From NCBI GenBank assembly GCA_964016885.1, contig OZ024741.1, forward strand, positions 60,884,001-60,948,000: a DNA stretch of 64,000 bases, in the 5' to 3' direction. This document shows, in pieces, positions 22,658 through 35,858 of the stretch (positions are counted from its first letter, which is position 1; each line of letters starts with the position of its first letter). Both the position numbers and the translations under genes were made by a program. The stretch is from Eledone cirrhosa. Lineage: Eukaryota. The notes under the pieces are model-generated. The model was given only the letters and a program-made list of their open reading frames with translations. It searched no databases and was not told the DNA's origin.

Positions 22658-23477
22658 CACTTAAACCTATCCTTCTCGCTAACAACTAAACCTATTCTTC
22701 TCATATACAAATATTTTAAATATATTTGTTACTTCAAACTCTTAACAATATTTTAAATATATTTGTTATTATTTCAAACTCTTAATTCCCGCTCCTTAAT
22801 ATCTTCTCCCCCTCCACCACACTCTACAACATGTGGTCAAATCCCCCCCCCCCTCTCTCTCTCTCTGTCTCTACCCATATACATATATAAGACAAAGTAA
22901 TTTACTTTCGCCAAACTTGTGGCTGAATTTCATTCATGGTATAATGTAATGTACTCATTTTTCTACCTTTTCTAACATCCGCCTAATTCCATAGTCCTTC
23001 CAATAGCATTTTTAGTCCTTCCAATAGCATTTTTTCTATCCTGTTTCCAATTCTTGTTTCACTAGCCATCCATCCATCCTATTTCCCCCTGTATTTTCCA
23101 AAACAAATCTCTTGTATTTTTGTCATGCTTGTAAAATACGGAAGTTTTTGGCGTATTTTACTAAACAAATCTTGTATTTTTGTTTACGTTCGTTAAATAC
23201 GGGGATCTCACTTAAACCTATCCTTCTCGCTAACAACTCAACACCCCTCCCTCCCTCCCGCCCCCACGCACCACCATTATTATTACGTGGACCAATCATA
23301 AGCCAGAGGCCTATACTATCGCTTACCTGGTCGCCTTCGATATGTAGGATGGAAGGACTACGGAGTTCCGGAGAGTGGAAGAGAGAAAATTCTGGACGCT
23401 CAGCGACAATGCCAAAGTTAAAGACAAACACACCTCGTGGACGAGAATGCGAGCATGCCTCTTTGTTTCGGCCGCGG

Positions 23478-26400
23478 ATGGCTAACAAAACCCCATCTCC
23501 CCCCGCTCCCCACCTTTCCAACCCCCCAAACGCAATCCAAAACTTCAGATTTGGTACCTTGAATGTAGGCACCTTAAAGGGTCGCTCTAACGAGGTTGTA
23601 GAAATGCTTGAACGTAAGGAGGTCGATGTTTGTTGTATTCAAGAGACCAGGTGGAGGGGTGGATCTGCTAGATTCATTGTGGGTAGAAACGATGCTATAA
23701 GCTTTTCTGCGTGGGAAACGACAATGGGCTGGGTGGAGTAGGAATCATGGTAGCAGAAAAGTGGGCAGATAAGATAATAGACGTAAATAGAGTGAACGAC
23801 AGAATAATTAAAATAAGACTTGTCCTCAATAGAACTACGGTGACAGTAATATCCGCGTACGCACCCCAATCCGGACTGCCCAGCACTATAAAAGACAGAT
23901 TCTATGAGACACTGATGCTCACTACCTCCCAAATAACCGACAGTGACTATATAATTATTGCAGGCGACCTAAACGATCACGTTGGACAACATTGTGACGG
24001 CTACGACGAAATCCATGGAGGCTATGGGTTTGGTACTAGAAATGAGGAAGGCTCCAGAATCCTGGAATTCTGCGACGCAAATAACCTAACTATCTGCAAC
24101 ACTAACTTCAAAAAACGAGACAATCACTTGATCACCTACAGATCAGGGGAACATACCAGCCAGGTAGATTATATCCTTACCAGAAGACGTGACAAAGTGA
24201 CTGTCGTAAACACTAAATCCCTCCCCCATGAAGAATGCACCTCCCAACATAGACTGATAATTAGCGACCTAATAGTCAGGACGAGACGTACTAGACAACA
24301 GAAGAGGACTATCCTCAGGAGAAAAATATGGAAGCTAAAGGACCCCACAGCCAAAAATAAATTCCAAAGCATATTACTTGATGCTTTCGACAGTAAGGAA
24401 GAGCAATTAGAGACGTACAAGGTAGAGGAACAGTGGGAATTCCTGAAAGCAAACCTGCTGACGGCGGCAGACGAAGTCTGTGGCTGGAGCAGGCCTGTAG
24501 GCAGGAGGAGAGTAACATGGTGGTGGAACAGTAAGGTGGAGGGGTCAATTAAGGCCAAAAAGCAGGCTTGGAAAGTATGGCGGGATGGGGGAAGCAGAGA
24601 AGACTATCAAGTGGCCAGGAGGGAAGCTAGGAGACAAGTATACTTCACAAGAAGGGAAGCAGAGGAAAGAAAGTTCAAGCATGTTCTACAACGTGAGGGC
24701 TAAAAACGTGAGGTGTTCAGGATTGCTAGGCAATGTGTCAAGGAAAACCGTGATATTGTCGGGGAGAAGTGTGTACTTAACGATGACGGCGTACTTGCCA
24801 TCACCGACGCCGGTAAGAAGGTAGCTTGGAAGTGTCACTATGAAAGGCTACTAAATGAGGAGAATAAATGGGAGAAAGACAGTCTCCCCCACATCGACCC
24901 AATAGAGAGACCAGCAGTGTTAGTCGAGGGTAGTATAATAAGTAAGGCAATCAAAGATATGAAGACAGGCAAGGCGGCTGGGCCTTCGGAAATAGTTGCC
25001 GAGATGCTGAAGGCATCTGGTACGGTGGGACACAGCATGGTCACCCGGATAGTCAACCAAGTGATACAGAATAGGATTGTTCCGAAGGACTGGCGTAGCA
25101 GCATCATCGTTAACTGTTATAAGAGTAAAGGAGATGCCCTAGATAGGAGTAACTATAGAGGCATTAAATTAATCGACCAGGTCATAAAGGTCACGGAAAG
25201 AGTAATAGCGCAACTAATCAGAGAGCGAATTGATCGAGATGAAATGCAGTTCGGGTTTGTGTCAGGAAAAAGTACCACAGACGCTCTTTTCATTGTACGA
25301 CAACTACAGGAGAAGTACCTAGCTAAAAGTAAACCCCTATACTTAGCTTTCGTCGACTTGGAGAAGGCCTTCGACAGAGTCCCCCGTTCCATTATCTGGT
25401 GGGCTCTTAGAAAACTAGGTGTTGATGAATGGCTTGTGAGAGCTATACAAGCCATGTATAAAGAAACAGTCAGCAAGGTTAGAATTAACAACGAATATAG
25501 TGAAGAGTTTAGTGTAAAAGTTGGTGTTCATCAGGGCTCTGTTCTTAGCCCCCTACTATTTATTATCGCCCTCCAGGCTATAACAGTGGAGTTCAAGACC
25601 GGCTGCCCATGGGAACTCCTATACGCAGATGATCTAACGCTCATAGCTGAATCAATGGCCGAGCTAGAGAAGAAATTCCAAACATGGAAGCACGGCCTAG
25701 AATCAAAAGGCCTTAAAATTAACCTGGCTAAGACTAAAATTCTAGTTTGTAAGAAAGAAAATAAGGCGGCTGTCCCCTCCGGGAAGTGGCCATGCGCAGA
25801 GTGTAGGAAAGGCGTAGGTAGAAATTCCATTTTGTGTCCCAAATGCAAAGTTTGGGTGCATAAAAGATGTAGTGGGATCACAGGTAAGCTAACTAAGAAC
25901 ATAGATTTTACATGTGGCCGGTGTTCTGGGGCAATAAGTAGCAGCAAGTGCCCACAAAATACTAGCTCTTTCAACTGCGCAGAGGGTTCTATAGAAATAG
26001 TGGACAGCTTCCGTTACCTGGGTGACAAAATCAACAGTGGGGGAGGGTGCTCTGAAAGTACAGTAGCTAGAGTCAGAACTAGGTGGAAAAAGTTCAGAGA
26101 GCTTATACCGCTATTAGCCGCTAAAGGGTTCTCCCTAAAAATGAAAGGCAGGTTGTACGATGCCTGCATACGAACAGCAATGTTGCATGGCAGTGAGACC
26201 TGGGCATTGTGTGCAGAGGATTTACGCAGACTAGAGAGAAACGAAGCTTACATGCTCCGCTGGAGGTGTAATAGTAATATACGTGAACGACAAAGCATAA
26301 ACGAACTAAGGAAAAAATTAGAAATAAGAGGATTAGATGTTGTTTACTAGAGAGAAGGCTACGTTGGTATGGTCACGTGATGCGCATGAAGGACGATAGC

Positions 26401-26618
26401 TGTATAACAAAGTCCAGGGCAATAAAGATAGATGGTAGCCACGGAATAGGCAGACCCAGAAAAACCTGGACGAGCTGATAAACTCCGACCTCACACATTT
26501 ACACCTCACCAAGACAATGTCACTGGACCGAGACCTTTGGCGGTACTCAGTAATAGAGAAGACCCGCCTTACCTAAATACAAAATAAAACCTACTACAGT
26601 CAGTAGGAATCTCTAACA
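23478..26618 (+). pseudogene. Near-full-length RTE LINE ORF: APE endonuclease, RT, PHD-like Cys/His finger; disrupted
   Basis: GTLNVGTL..IQETRW, SAYAPQSG, AGDLNDHVG, QVDYIL, SQHRL; NYRGIKL, QFGF..STTDA, FVDLEKAFDRV, GVHQGSVLSP, LLYADDL; frameshift ~23690, stop 24701-24703, frameshifts ~26335 and ~26470; ORF end at 26576. Confidence 0.93.
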
Positions 26619-26944
26619 TCTCAGTATACACTGAGGATGAAAAACTCAGAGCTGTAGGGGACCATCCCAAAAGTCAGCTCAAAAGTGACACGGAGGAGAC
26701 TGAGGTTAGCGGGACATGCTCACCGACATCCAGAGTTGACATTGCATTCAGTACTCCTTTGGGAGCCCCTACATGGACACACTAGAAGAGGAAGACCAAG
26801 GTTAACGTATGTTGATGTCCTAAGGACAGACACTGGTCTGTTGGAGATGCAGAACATGGCAGCGATAATGAGGGACAGAGATCGCTGGAGAGAACTCGTC
26901 CATTGATCGCAGGAATTTTACCCGACCTAGATAGATAGATAGAT
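26619..26944 (+). mobile_element. 3' end of a second RTE-group LINE with (TAGA)n tail
   Basis: RRRLRLAGHAHRHPEL..LLWEPLHGHTRRGRPRLTYVDVL..DRDRWR*; tail TAGATAGATAGA. Confidence 0.8.
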
Positions 26945-27279
26945 ATATATTATATATATATATATTATATATATATATATATAAGATATATATATTATAT
27001 ATATATTATATATATTATATATATATAAATATTATATGTATATATATATTATATATATATTATATACATATATATATTATAGATATATTATATATATATA
27101 TAATATATATATATTATATATATATTATATATATATTATATATATATATATTATATACATATATATATTATATATATATATTAGATATATGATATATATA
27201 TATATATATTATATATATATTATATATATATATTATATATATATATATATATTATATATATATATATATTATATATATA

Positions 27280-27344
<65 letters not shown>

Positions 27345-27840
27345 ATATATTATATATAATGTATATATAATATATATATATATATATAATATATAAATAT
27401 ATATAATATATATATATAATATATATATATAATATATATATATATAATATATATATAATATATATATATATATTATATATATATATATATTAAATATAAT
27501 TATATATAATATATATATATATATAATATATAAATATATATAATATATATATATAATATATATATATATATAATATATATATATATAATATATATATAAT
27601 ATATATATATATATTATATATATATATATATTAAATATAATTATATATAATATATATATGTAATATATAAATATATATAATATATATATATAATATATAT
27701 ATATATATAATATATATATATATAATATATATATATATATATAATATATATAATATATATATATATAATATATATATATAATATATATATAATTATATAT
27801 ATATATTATTATATATATATATATATATTATATTATATAT

Positions 27841-28040
27841 NNNNNNNNNNNNNNNNNNNNNNNNNNNNNNNNNNNNNNNNNNNNNNNNNNNNNNNNNNNN
27901 NNNNNNNNNNNNNNNNNNNNNNNNNNNNNNNNNNNNNNNNNNNNNNNNNNNNNNNNNNNNNNNNNNNNNNNNNNNNNNNNNNNNNNNNNNNNNNNNNNNN
28001 NNNNNNNNNNNNNNNNNNNNNNNNNNNNNNNNNNNNNNNN
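27841..28040. other. Assembly gap (200 N)
   Basis: Run of N flanked by TA-rich low-complexity sequence. Confidence 1.
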
Positions 28041-28056
28041 CCAACATAAACTCAAA

Positions 28057-28087
<31 letters not shown>

Positions 28088-28098
28088 TTTATATATAT

Positions 28099-28332
<234 letters not shown>

Positions 28333-29643
28333 ATATATATATATATATGTATATATATTATATATATATATATATATTTTATATATATATTATAATATAT
28401 ATATATATATATATAATATATATATGTATATATATATATATATATTAGAAAGTTAGGTTTTTTTTACAAAATGAAAAATAACCGAGGTGTCCTACACGAG
28501 TGGAAGTATAAAGAAAAAGGGATGAAATCGAAAATGCAACTGAAGTCTTATTTTTTTTTAAATATATATATTTATTTGGTTCCTTTACCGGTTTCGCAGT
28601 TCTTCTGCTTTTCAAAAGGTGAGTTGAGATGGAGGGTCTGTGGTTTTTCTCACATCTGGTTGGTCTGTAAATGTTACTTGTTTTATATGGAAAAACTGGC
28701 TCGAAAACCAGGTTTTCGAGAAGTAATTTGATTGGTTTGTCAATAATTATAATAAATTTCGCGCCAGTTCGCGTTACAATAGTTCTTCAAATAAGAGAGG
28801 GGGGGGGGGGGGGTTGTCACAGGTTGTTTTTTCATATATGAGTGTTTGAATTTCTTTTTACTTGAAAAAATGAGGCTCACGAAGGCTTTTTTTTGGTTGG
28901 TTATAAATGAAATTTGGCTGTCACGTGAACAAGTTTTCATTACATTTTTGCGCCCTTATTTGGAAAACTATTCTGTAGTCTATAGTGAATGTTATGACAA
29001 TGGAGAGATAGTGGTCAAGGGAAAAGGGATTGGGAGAAATGTTCTGGTTCAGTGAAAATGCCAGCTGTCAGAGTTCAGGTGTCAGAGTTCAGATTTTCTA
29101 TTGAGACTGAAGATATGTGTTTATTTGTGTGCTTGTGTGTGTGTGTGTGTGTATGTGTGTATTGGAAGATGATTCTATTAGTAGAGATGGGGGAGGGAGT
29201 TGTGTGTGTGTGTATATGGGTGTTATGTGTGTGTGTGCGAGTATGTTAGATAGAGAGAATATATATTTTTTGTGTGTGTGTATATATATATGTGTGTAGG
29301 AAAATGGTTCTATTAGTAGAAATGGGGAGGGTGTTGTAGGTGTGGGGTTTTTTATGTGTGTGTATGGGTGTTATGTGTGTGGGAGTATGGTTAGCATGTT
29401 AAGATGAAGAGAATATATATATATATATATATATATTGTGTGTGTGTATGTGTGTGTGTAGGAAAATGATTCCTTTAGTAGGAATATTTTTGAATGAACA
29501 TATTTTCCTGACTTTTTCGTGTTTGCTGTTGTATTGCCAGTGCAAACGTATGTTTAAGGTTTATTTAGTTCGGGTTTTTATTTTCTAAAGTAGATGTTAT
29601 GTGTGTGTGTGTATGTCAGATTGTGGTGTTGACATAATGTATA

Positions 29644-30349
29644 TTAAACCTTATTTAATGTTGGTCTATATTTTTGAATAAACATATTTTCCTTATTTAT
29701 TCGCATTTGTTCTGTTGTATTGTTAGCGCAAAGGTAAAATGGGAAGACTTGGAATTTGGGTGTCTTATTACTTGCGCAAATGTCTAGATGTGCACTTAGT
29801 GGTATTTGTCGCGTGGTTGGATCTCGTAATTGTTGGCGATGAACTGTCATTCTGTTTCTGAGTGTGAGTTTAGTTTGTCCTATATAATCTTCATTGCATC
29901 CTTTACATTTAATGGCATAAATTAGATTTTTTGATGAGCAAGTGAAGTGATTTTTTACAGTAAAATTTTGTCCTGATTTAAATGTATACGTGTTGCCTTC
30001 AATGAGGTGAGTGCAGGTTCCACAATTAGAGCGACCACATTTTTTGATACTTGGTTGTGGGTTTGTGGTAGGTAATTTGGCATTGGTGAGTAATGTTTTC
30101 AGTGATTTTGGTTGTCTTTTGCTTTTGATTATTTTGTGTGTTTCAAGGGCTTTTTTCATTCTTGGGTTTTGTTTTAGTAGTGGGATGTTATTGTGAATAG
30201 TGTTGTAAGCTTCCGCATTTCTTGGGTTGTGTGTTGAGATATATGATAGAATATTGGACGTACCTTGAATTTGTTTCTGTTTCCGTAATTCATCAATGCC
30301 TATTGCTTTAGCCCTTTCTATTCCATTATTTATTAGTAATAGTGGGTAC
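29644..30349 (-). CDS. PLE RT-thumb/linker, Cys-linker and GIY-YIG endonuclease (fragment)
   Basis: KCGRSNCGTC..FTCSSKNLIYAIKCKGC..YIGQT..RMTVHRQQ..E..FI..PTLN; homologous to the C-terminus of 35859-37430. Confidence 0.9.
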
Positions 30350-30778
30350 ACTGAACCAGAACATTTCTCCCAATCCCTTTTCCCTTGACCACTATCTCTC
30401 CATTGTCATAACATTCACTATAGACTACAGAATAGTTTTCCAAATAAGGGCGCAAAAATGTAATGAAAACTTGTTCACGTGACAGCCAAATTTCATTTAT
30501 AACCAACCAAAAAAAAGCCTTCGTGAGCCTCATTTTTTCAAGTAAAAAGAAATTCAAACACTCATATATGAAAAAACAACCTGTGACAACCCCCCCCCTC
30601 TCTTATTTGAAGAACTATTGTAACGCGAACTGGCGCGAAATTTATTATAATTATTGACAAACCAATCAAATTACTTCTCGAAAAACCTGGTTTTCGAGCC
30701 AGTTTTTCCATATAAAACAAGTAACATTTAGAGACCAACCAGATGTGAGAAAAACCACAGACCCTCCATCTCAACTCA

Positions 30779-30816
30779 CCTTTTGAAAAGCAGAAGAACT
30801 GCGAAACCGGTAAAGG
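30779..30816 (+). ncRNA. Minimal hammerhead, U3-A8 core
   Basis: cctt-TTGAAAA-gcag-aagaa-ctgc-GAAA-ccgg-TA-aagg; all three stems pair; stem III is the palindrome ACCGGT. Confidence 0.8.
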
Positions 30817-30884
30817 AACCAAATAAATATATATATTTTAAAAAAAATAAGACTTCAGTTGCATTTTCGATTTCATCCCTTTTT

Positions 30885-30953
<69 letters not shown>

Positions 30954-31491
30954 ATAATATATATATATATATAATATATATATATATATTATATTATATA
31001 TATATATATATATTTTATATATATAATATAATATATATATATATATATAATATATATATAATATAAATATATATATAATATATATATAATATAATATATA
31101 TATATATATATAATATAATATATATATATATATATATATATAAGATAATATATATATATATAATAATATATAATATAATATATATATATATATAATATAA
31201 TATATATATATATATATAAGATAATATATATATATATTATATATATATAATATATATATATATATAATATATATATATATTATATATATATTTATATAAT
31301 ATATATATATAATATATATATATATATTATATATATATAATATATATATATAATATATATATATTATATATATATATAATATATATATATATAATATAAT
31401 ATATGTATTATATATATATATATAATATATATATATATAATATAATATATATATTATATATATATATATAATATATATATATATATATAAT

Positions 31492-31544
<53 letters not shown>

Positions 31545-31567
31545 TATATATATAATATAATATATAT

Positions 31568-32064
31568 ACGGATTAACAAATAATAGTTAAATGCAGTCCA
31601 CGTAGGTGAAGTCCAGTTATGGTATTCCAGGTAGTGGATGATATTAACGCTTGGCTTGGTTTAACTCAACAAGGCGTTTTCATAGTGATGCTGCGGGTAT
31701 GTTGTAATTCCTATGTTGTAAACACTCGGAGTAATAATAGATCAGGAAAGAAGGTTTACATGGTTTGCTATACAAAAAAGTTTTTAATCACATAGCTTAC
31801 ATTTGTTTCACTGAACTGGTCTGTCTAGAGATCGCTATCCGCCTAATTTTGCGTCACTCGATCGCCAATACAGAATTATAACCAGTCAGATCTTCGGAGC
31901 ATGCTCTGAAGATCTGACTGGTTATAATTCTGTATTGGCGATCGAGTGACGCAAAATTAGGCGGATAGCGATCTCTAGACAGACCAGTTCAGTGAAACAA
32001 ATGTAAGCTATGTGATTAAAAACTTTTTTGTATAGCAAACCATGTAAACCTTCTTTCCTGATTT
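31568..32064. mobile_element. Family C: near-perfect 322-bp palindrome with hammerheads, plus tail
   Basis: 31741-32062 symmetric about GAGCA|TGCTC (1 mismatch seen); HHR gct-CTGAAGA-t-ctgactggt-(~58 nt)-accagttcag-t-GAAA-ca-aa-tg-TA-agc at 31903-32008. Confidence 0.85.
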
Positions 32065-32229
32065 AATATAATATATATATATATAAAATATAATATATAT
32101 ATATAATTTAATATATATATTATATATATATAATATATATATTATATATATATAATATATATATTATAAATATATAATATATATATTATATATATATATA
32201 TATATAAATAATATATATATATATAATAT

Positions 32230-32261
<32 letters not shown>

Positions 32262-32449
32262 ATATATATATATATATAATATATATATATAATATATATA
32301 TATATATAATATATATATATAATATATATATATATATAATATAATATATATATATAATATAATATATATATATATATAATATAATATATATATATATATA
32401 TATATAATATATATATAATATATATATATATAATATATATAATATATAT

Positions 32450-32493
<44 letters not shown>

Positions 32494-32587
32494 ATATATA
32501 TAATATATATATATATTATATATATAATATATATATAATATATATATAATATAATATTATATAATATAATATATATATATATTATAG

Positions 32588-33480
32588 AGGACTGAGAGTG
32601 AATCTAGCTAAGACAAAAGTGTTGATGAGTAGAAAAGAGGACAAAACCCTGATTCCGTCAGGGAAAGGGCCATTTTCGATATGCAGAAAAGGAACTGGCA
32701 TAAATTCTATAAAATGCACACAATGCAGATCCTGGGTACACAAGAGATGTAGCGGGATAGCAGGCAAACTAACAGGTAGGGAGAAATATGTATGCAGTAG
32801 ATGTACAGGGAAATTAAACAGTAGAAGTCGCACTGATAGACACATTTTTCACATGCAAGAGGGCGCTAAAGAAGTGGTGGATAGCTTCCGGTACTAGGAG
32901 ATCAGATTAGCATGGGAGGAGGGTGTTCCGAGGCCATAGTATCTAGAATAAGGACGGGTTGGAAGAAGTTTAGGGAGCTGCTTCCCCTGTTGACGAAGAA
33001 GGGTTTCTCCCTGCGTACGAAAGGCTGGTTGTATGATGCCTGTGTGCGGAGCGCGATGCTGCATGGTAGTGAGACATGGGCAGCAACTGCAGAGGATATG
33101 CGACGGCTGGAGAGAAATGAGGCAAGCATGCTCCGTTGGATGTGCAGTGTAAATGTGCGTGAACGACCCAGCATAAATGTGTTGAGAGAGAAACTGTTTC
33201 TGAGAGGGATAGAATGTAGTGTACGGGAGAGGAGACTGAGGTGGTATGGACATGTGATGCGCATGAAGGATGACCGATGGGTGAAGAAGTGCCAGGAAAT
33301 GCCAGTTGAAGGAAGACGTGGTAGAGGTAGACCACGAAAAACATGGGCGGAGGTGGTGAGAACAGACCTCAGATCATTGAAGCTCACGGTGGAGATGACG
33401 AGGGACCGTGACGAGTGGAGAGATGCTGTGCTGAATAAGACCCGTCCCACCCTTGAAAGCAGGGAAAAGCGGACGTAAAA
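32588..33480 (+). pseudogene. 5'-truncated RTE LINE (different subfamily), C-terminal part
   Basis: NLAKTKVL..CRKG..CTQCRSWVHKRC..CSRC; frameshift ~32893; MLHGSETW, RRLRWYGHVMR, RGRPRKTW; ends GGAAAAGCGGACGTAAAA. Confidence 0.9.
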
Positions 33481-33596
33481 TATAATATATATATATATAT
33501 AATAAATATATATATATATATAATATATATATATATATTATATATATATATAATATATATATATGATATATATATATATATAATATATATATATAT

Positions 33597-35030
33597 TGTT
33601 ATACTTTGGGAGGGTCATGTTGCCAATAAGAAACACACGCACCAGTTGCTTTCACTTCAATTTATTATAATAAATTTATAATAAATTTATATATTTATAA
33701 ATTTCTGGTTGTTTGTTTGTTCTATGTGTGTGTATGTTTTCATTTTGTCCTTAATTGTAAGTTGTGATGTTGCTGTTCCACTCATATTTTCTATTTAATT
33801 TTGGTTGTAATTCTTTTATGTTTATTGCCTCTGTGATTTGTCTAAACATTGCGTCTTTTCTGCGTGTAGATTCTATTTTTATTTCTATGTTCTCTAATTT
33901 ACCCTTGTGTTCTATTTTAGCATGTTGGTAGAGTACAGATGATTCTTTACTATCTTGAAGGTCTCGCCAGTGTTCCTTTATCCGTTCCCCGACACTACGA
34001 GCTGTCTCACCTATGTACACTATATTTTTGTCTCTACATTGTCCTTCAGTACATCTTATGCTATACACTACATTTCTAGTTTTACAGTTAATATGGGGGC
34101 TTATTTTACAGGTTATACATTTCTTATCTATACATGAGGGTCTTTGAAAAGGGTATGTCTTGCTAATAAGTGTTTTTACGGAGGTACCTGGTCTTTCTAC
34201 TATCTTAATATTGAGTTTATGTTTATCTAGGGCCCTTCTAAATTTGTAAGCTAATTCACCTCTAGGGGTTGTATCGATGAACATTACTCTCTGGTATTTA
34301 TTGCTATCATACCATGAGTTTATTCTATTAGCCTTGTTCCTAGTTCTTTCTATTCTATTTCAAAATTTGCTCCTATACAAGGGGCAGGTCCCATTTATGT
34401 CATTATTTACCGTTTTTTCCCATTTGGTTCTGGCTCCCCTATACACTCTGATTTTATCTCTCTGATTGTAGCCAGAGAACTGCATACGGTGGATGAAGTG
34501 CTGTATGTGTCTCTCTAGTTCTTCGGGGTTGCACATGCGGGACACGTTTCTCGTCACCCGTACCAAATCCACAATCAGTATGTTGATTTTGGTATGGTCC
34601 GAAACGGCCGAGTTTCGGTGGATCAGATGTTTGGAAGTCATGGGTTTGGCATAATGGGAATGGAGGATTTGTTTTTTGTTATTAATGGTATCTAACCAGA
34701 GCTCTGTGTCTAGTACAGGTAATTAATGGTTGGGGTGTTTACTTGGGTAGTCTATAGTAACTCTAATGCTCTGGTGGATGGAGTTAGCTATTTGCTTGAT
34801 GCTTTCCATTGTGTTTTTCTCTAGTTCCTGACTATTCTCGAGTGGGGGTGTCTTAACTACGATGTTTATATCATCAAAGTAGCGGGAGTACATTATCAGG
34901 GTTAAGGGGTCTTCTAATTGTTCTTTAAGTTTAAGTTTAAGTCTACTGTCCCACCATACCATGAATAAGTTAGCTATGTCGCCAAATAATTGGCGCCTTC
35001 GGTTGAGCACTTTACTGACTTATATTCATC
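33597..35030 (-). pseudogene. PLE RT plus GIY-YIG (possibly Nematis-type), 5'-truncated, with in-frame stops
   Basis: IANLFMVWWD..YSRYFDDI..LPVLD..HYAKPM..MQFSGY..PLYR..VERPG..VVYSIRC..YIGETAR..LNRKYEWN; stops at 34723 and 34360; clade assignment from memory only. Confidence 0.85.
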
Positions 35031-35286
35031 ATTCAGAAAAAACATCTGAATATTTCTACAACGTTTTTTGAAATATCCAGTTCTGCGTTTACAGATTGAC
35101 TTTGTTAGTTTCAGAAGATCCCGTTAAGGATGAAAGCAACGATTCTTTGCTTAAACTTTAATCTGTTATTTTAAGAAATATTTGCTCTACGGTTCTTATA
35201 TATTTGATATATATTTTCCTTATCGAGCCCTCTTTTGATTTTAGTCTTCAATTTTATTATTATTACTATATATATATATATATGTC

Positions 35287-35420
<134 letters not shown>

Positions 35421-35508
35421 TATGTGTATATATATATACATATATATATGTATATATATGTATATATATATATATATATATGTGTATATATATATACATA
35501 TATATATG

Positions 35509-35540
<32 letters not shown>

Positions 35541-35858
35541 CATATATATATATACATATATATATGTATATATATATATATATAAATGAAGTAATTCCAT
35601 CGGAAAAGTCCAGGAAAAAAGAGTGCTCTATGTAAGCAACAGAGCTTAATTATTATTATTATGTAATAAACAACATAAGGCAATTATTCCATTTACCAGT
35701 GGTTTCTTAAAAGCAAAAGGTTTTGCTTTCAATCCTCAGAATGAAAAATCCTGGTTTGTTTATTGAATATGGATTCTAAAAACGAAAATGCAATCTATAT
35801 GAAAGTGAGGCTGGAAAAGGGAGAAGGAAAGGAAAAATAAAATAAAATAAAACTACAC

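Larger units (their letters stand above)
28447..30891 (-). mobile_element. Neptune-type PLE, 5'-truncated, with inverted pseudo-LTR
   Basis: ~545-bp inverted repeat 28507-29054 / 30349-30891; HHR at 28582-28619 (-) and 30779-30816 (+). Confidence 0.9.

Noticed and set aside
34360-34362. In-frame TGA as possible selenocysteine
   Set aside because: The position fits a TGG-to-TGA change after PLYR, the element also has a TAA stop, and no SECIS was identified.
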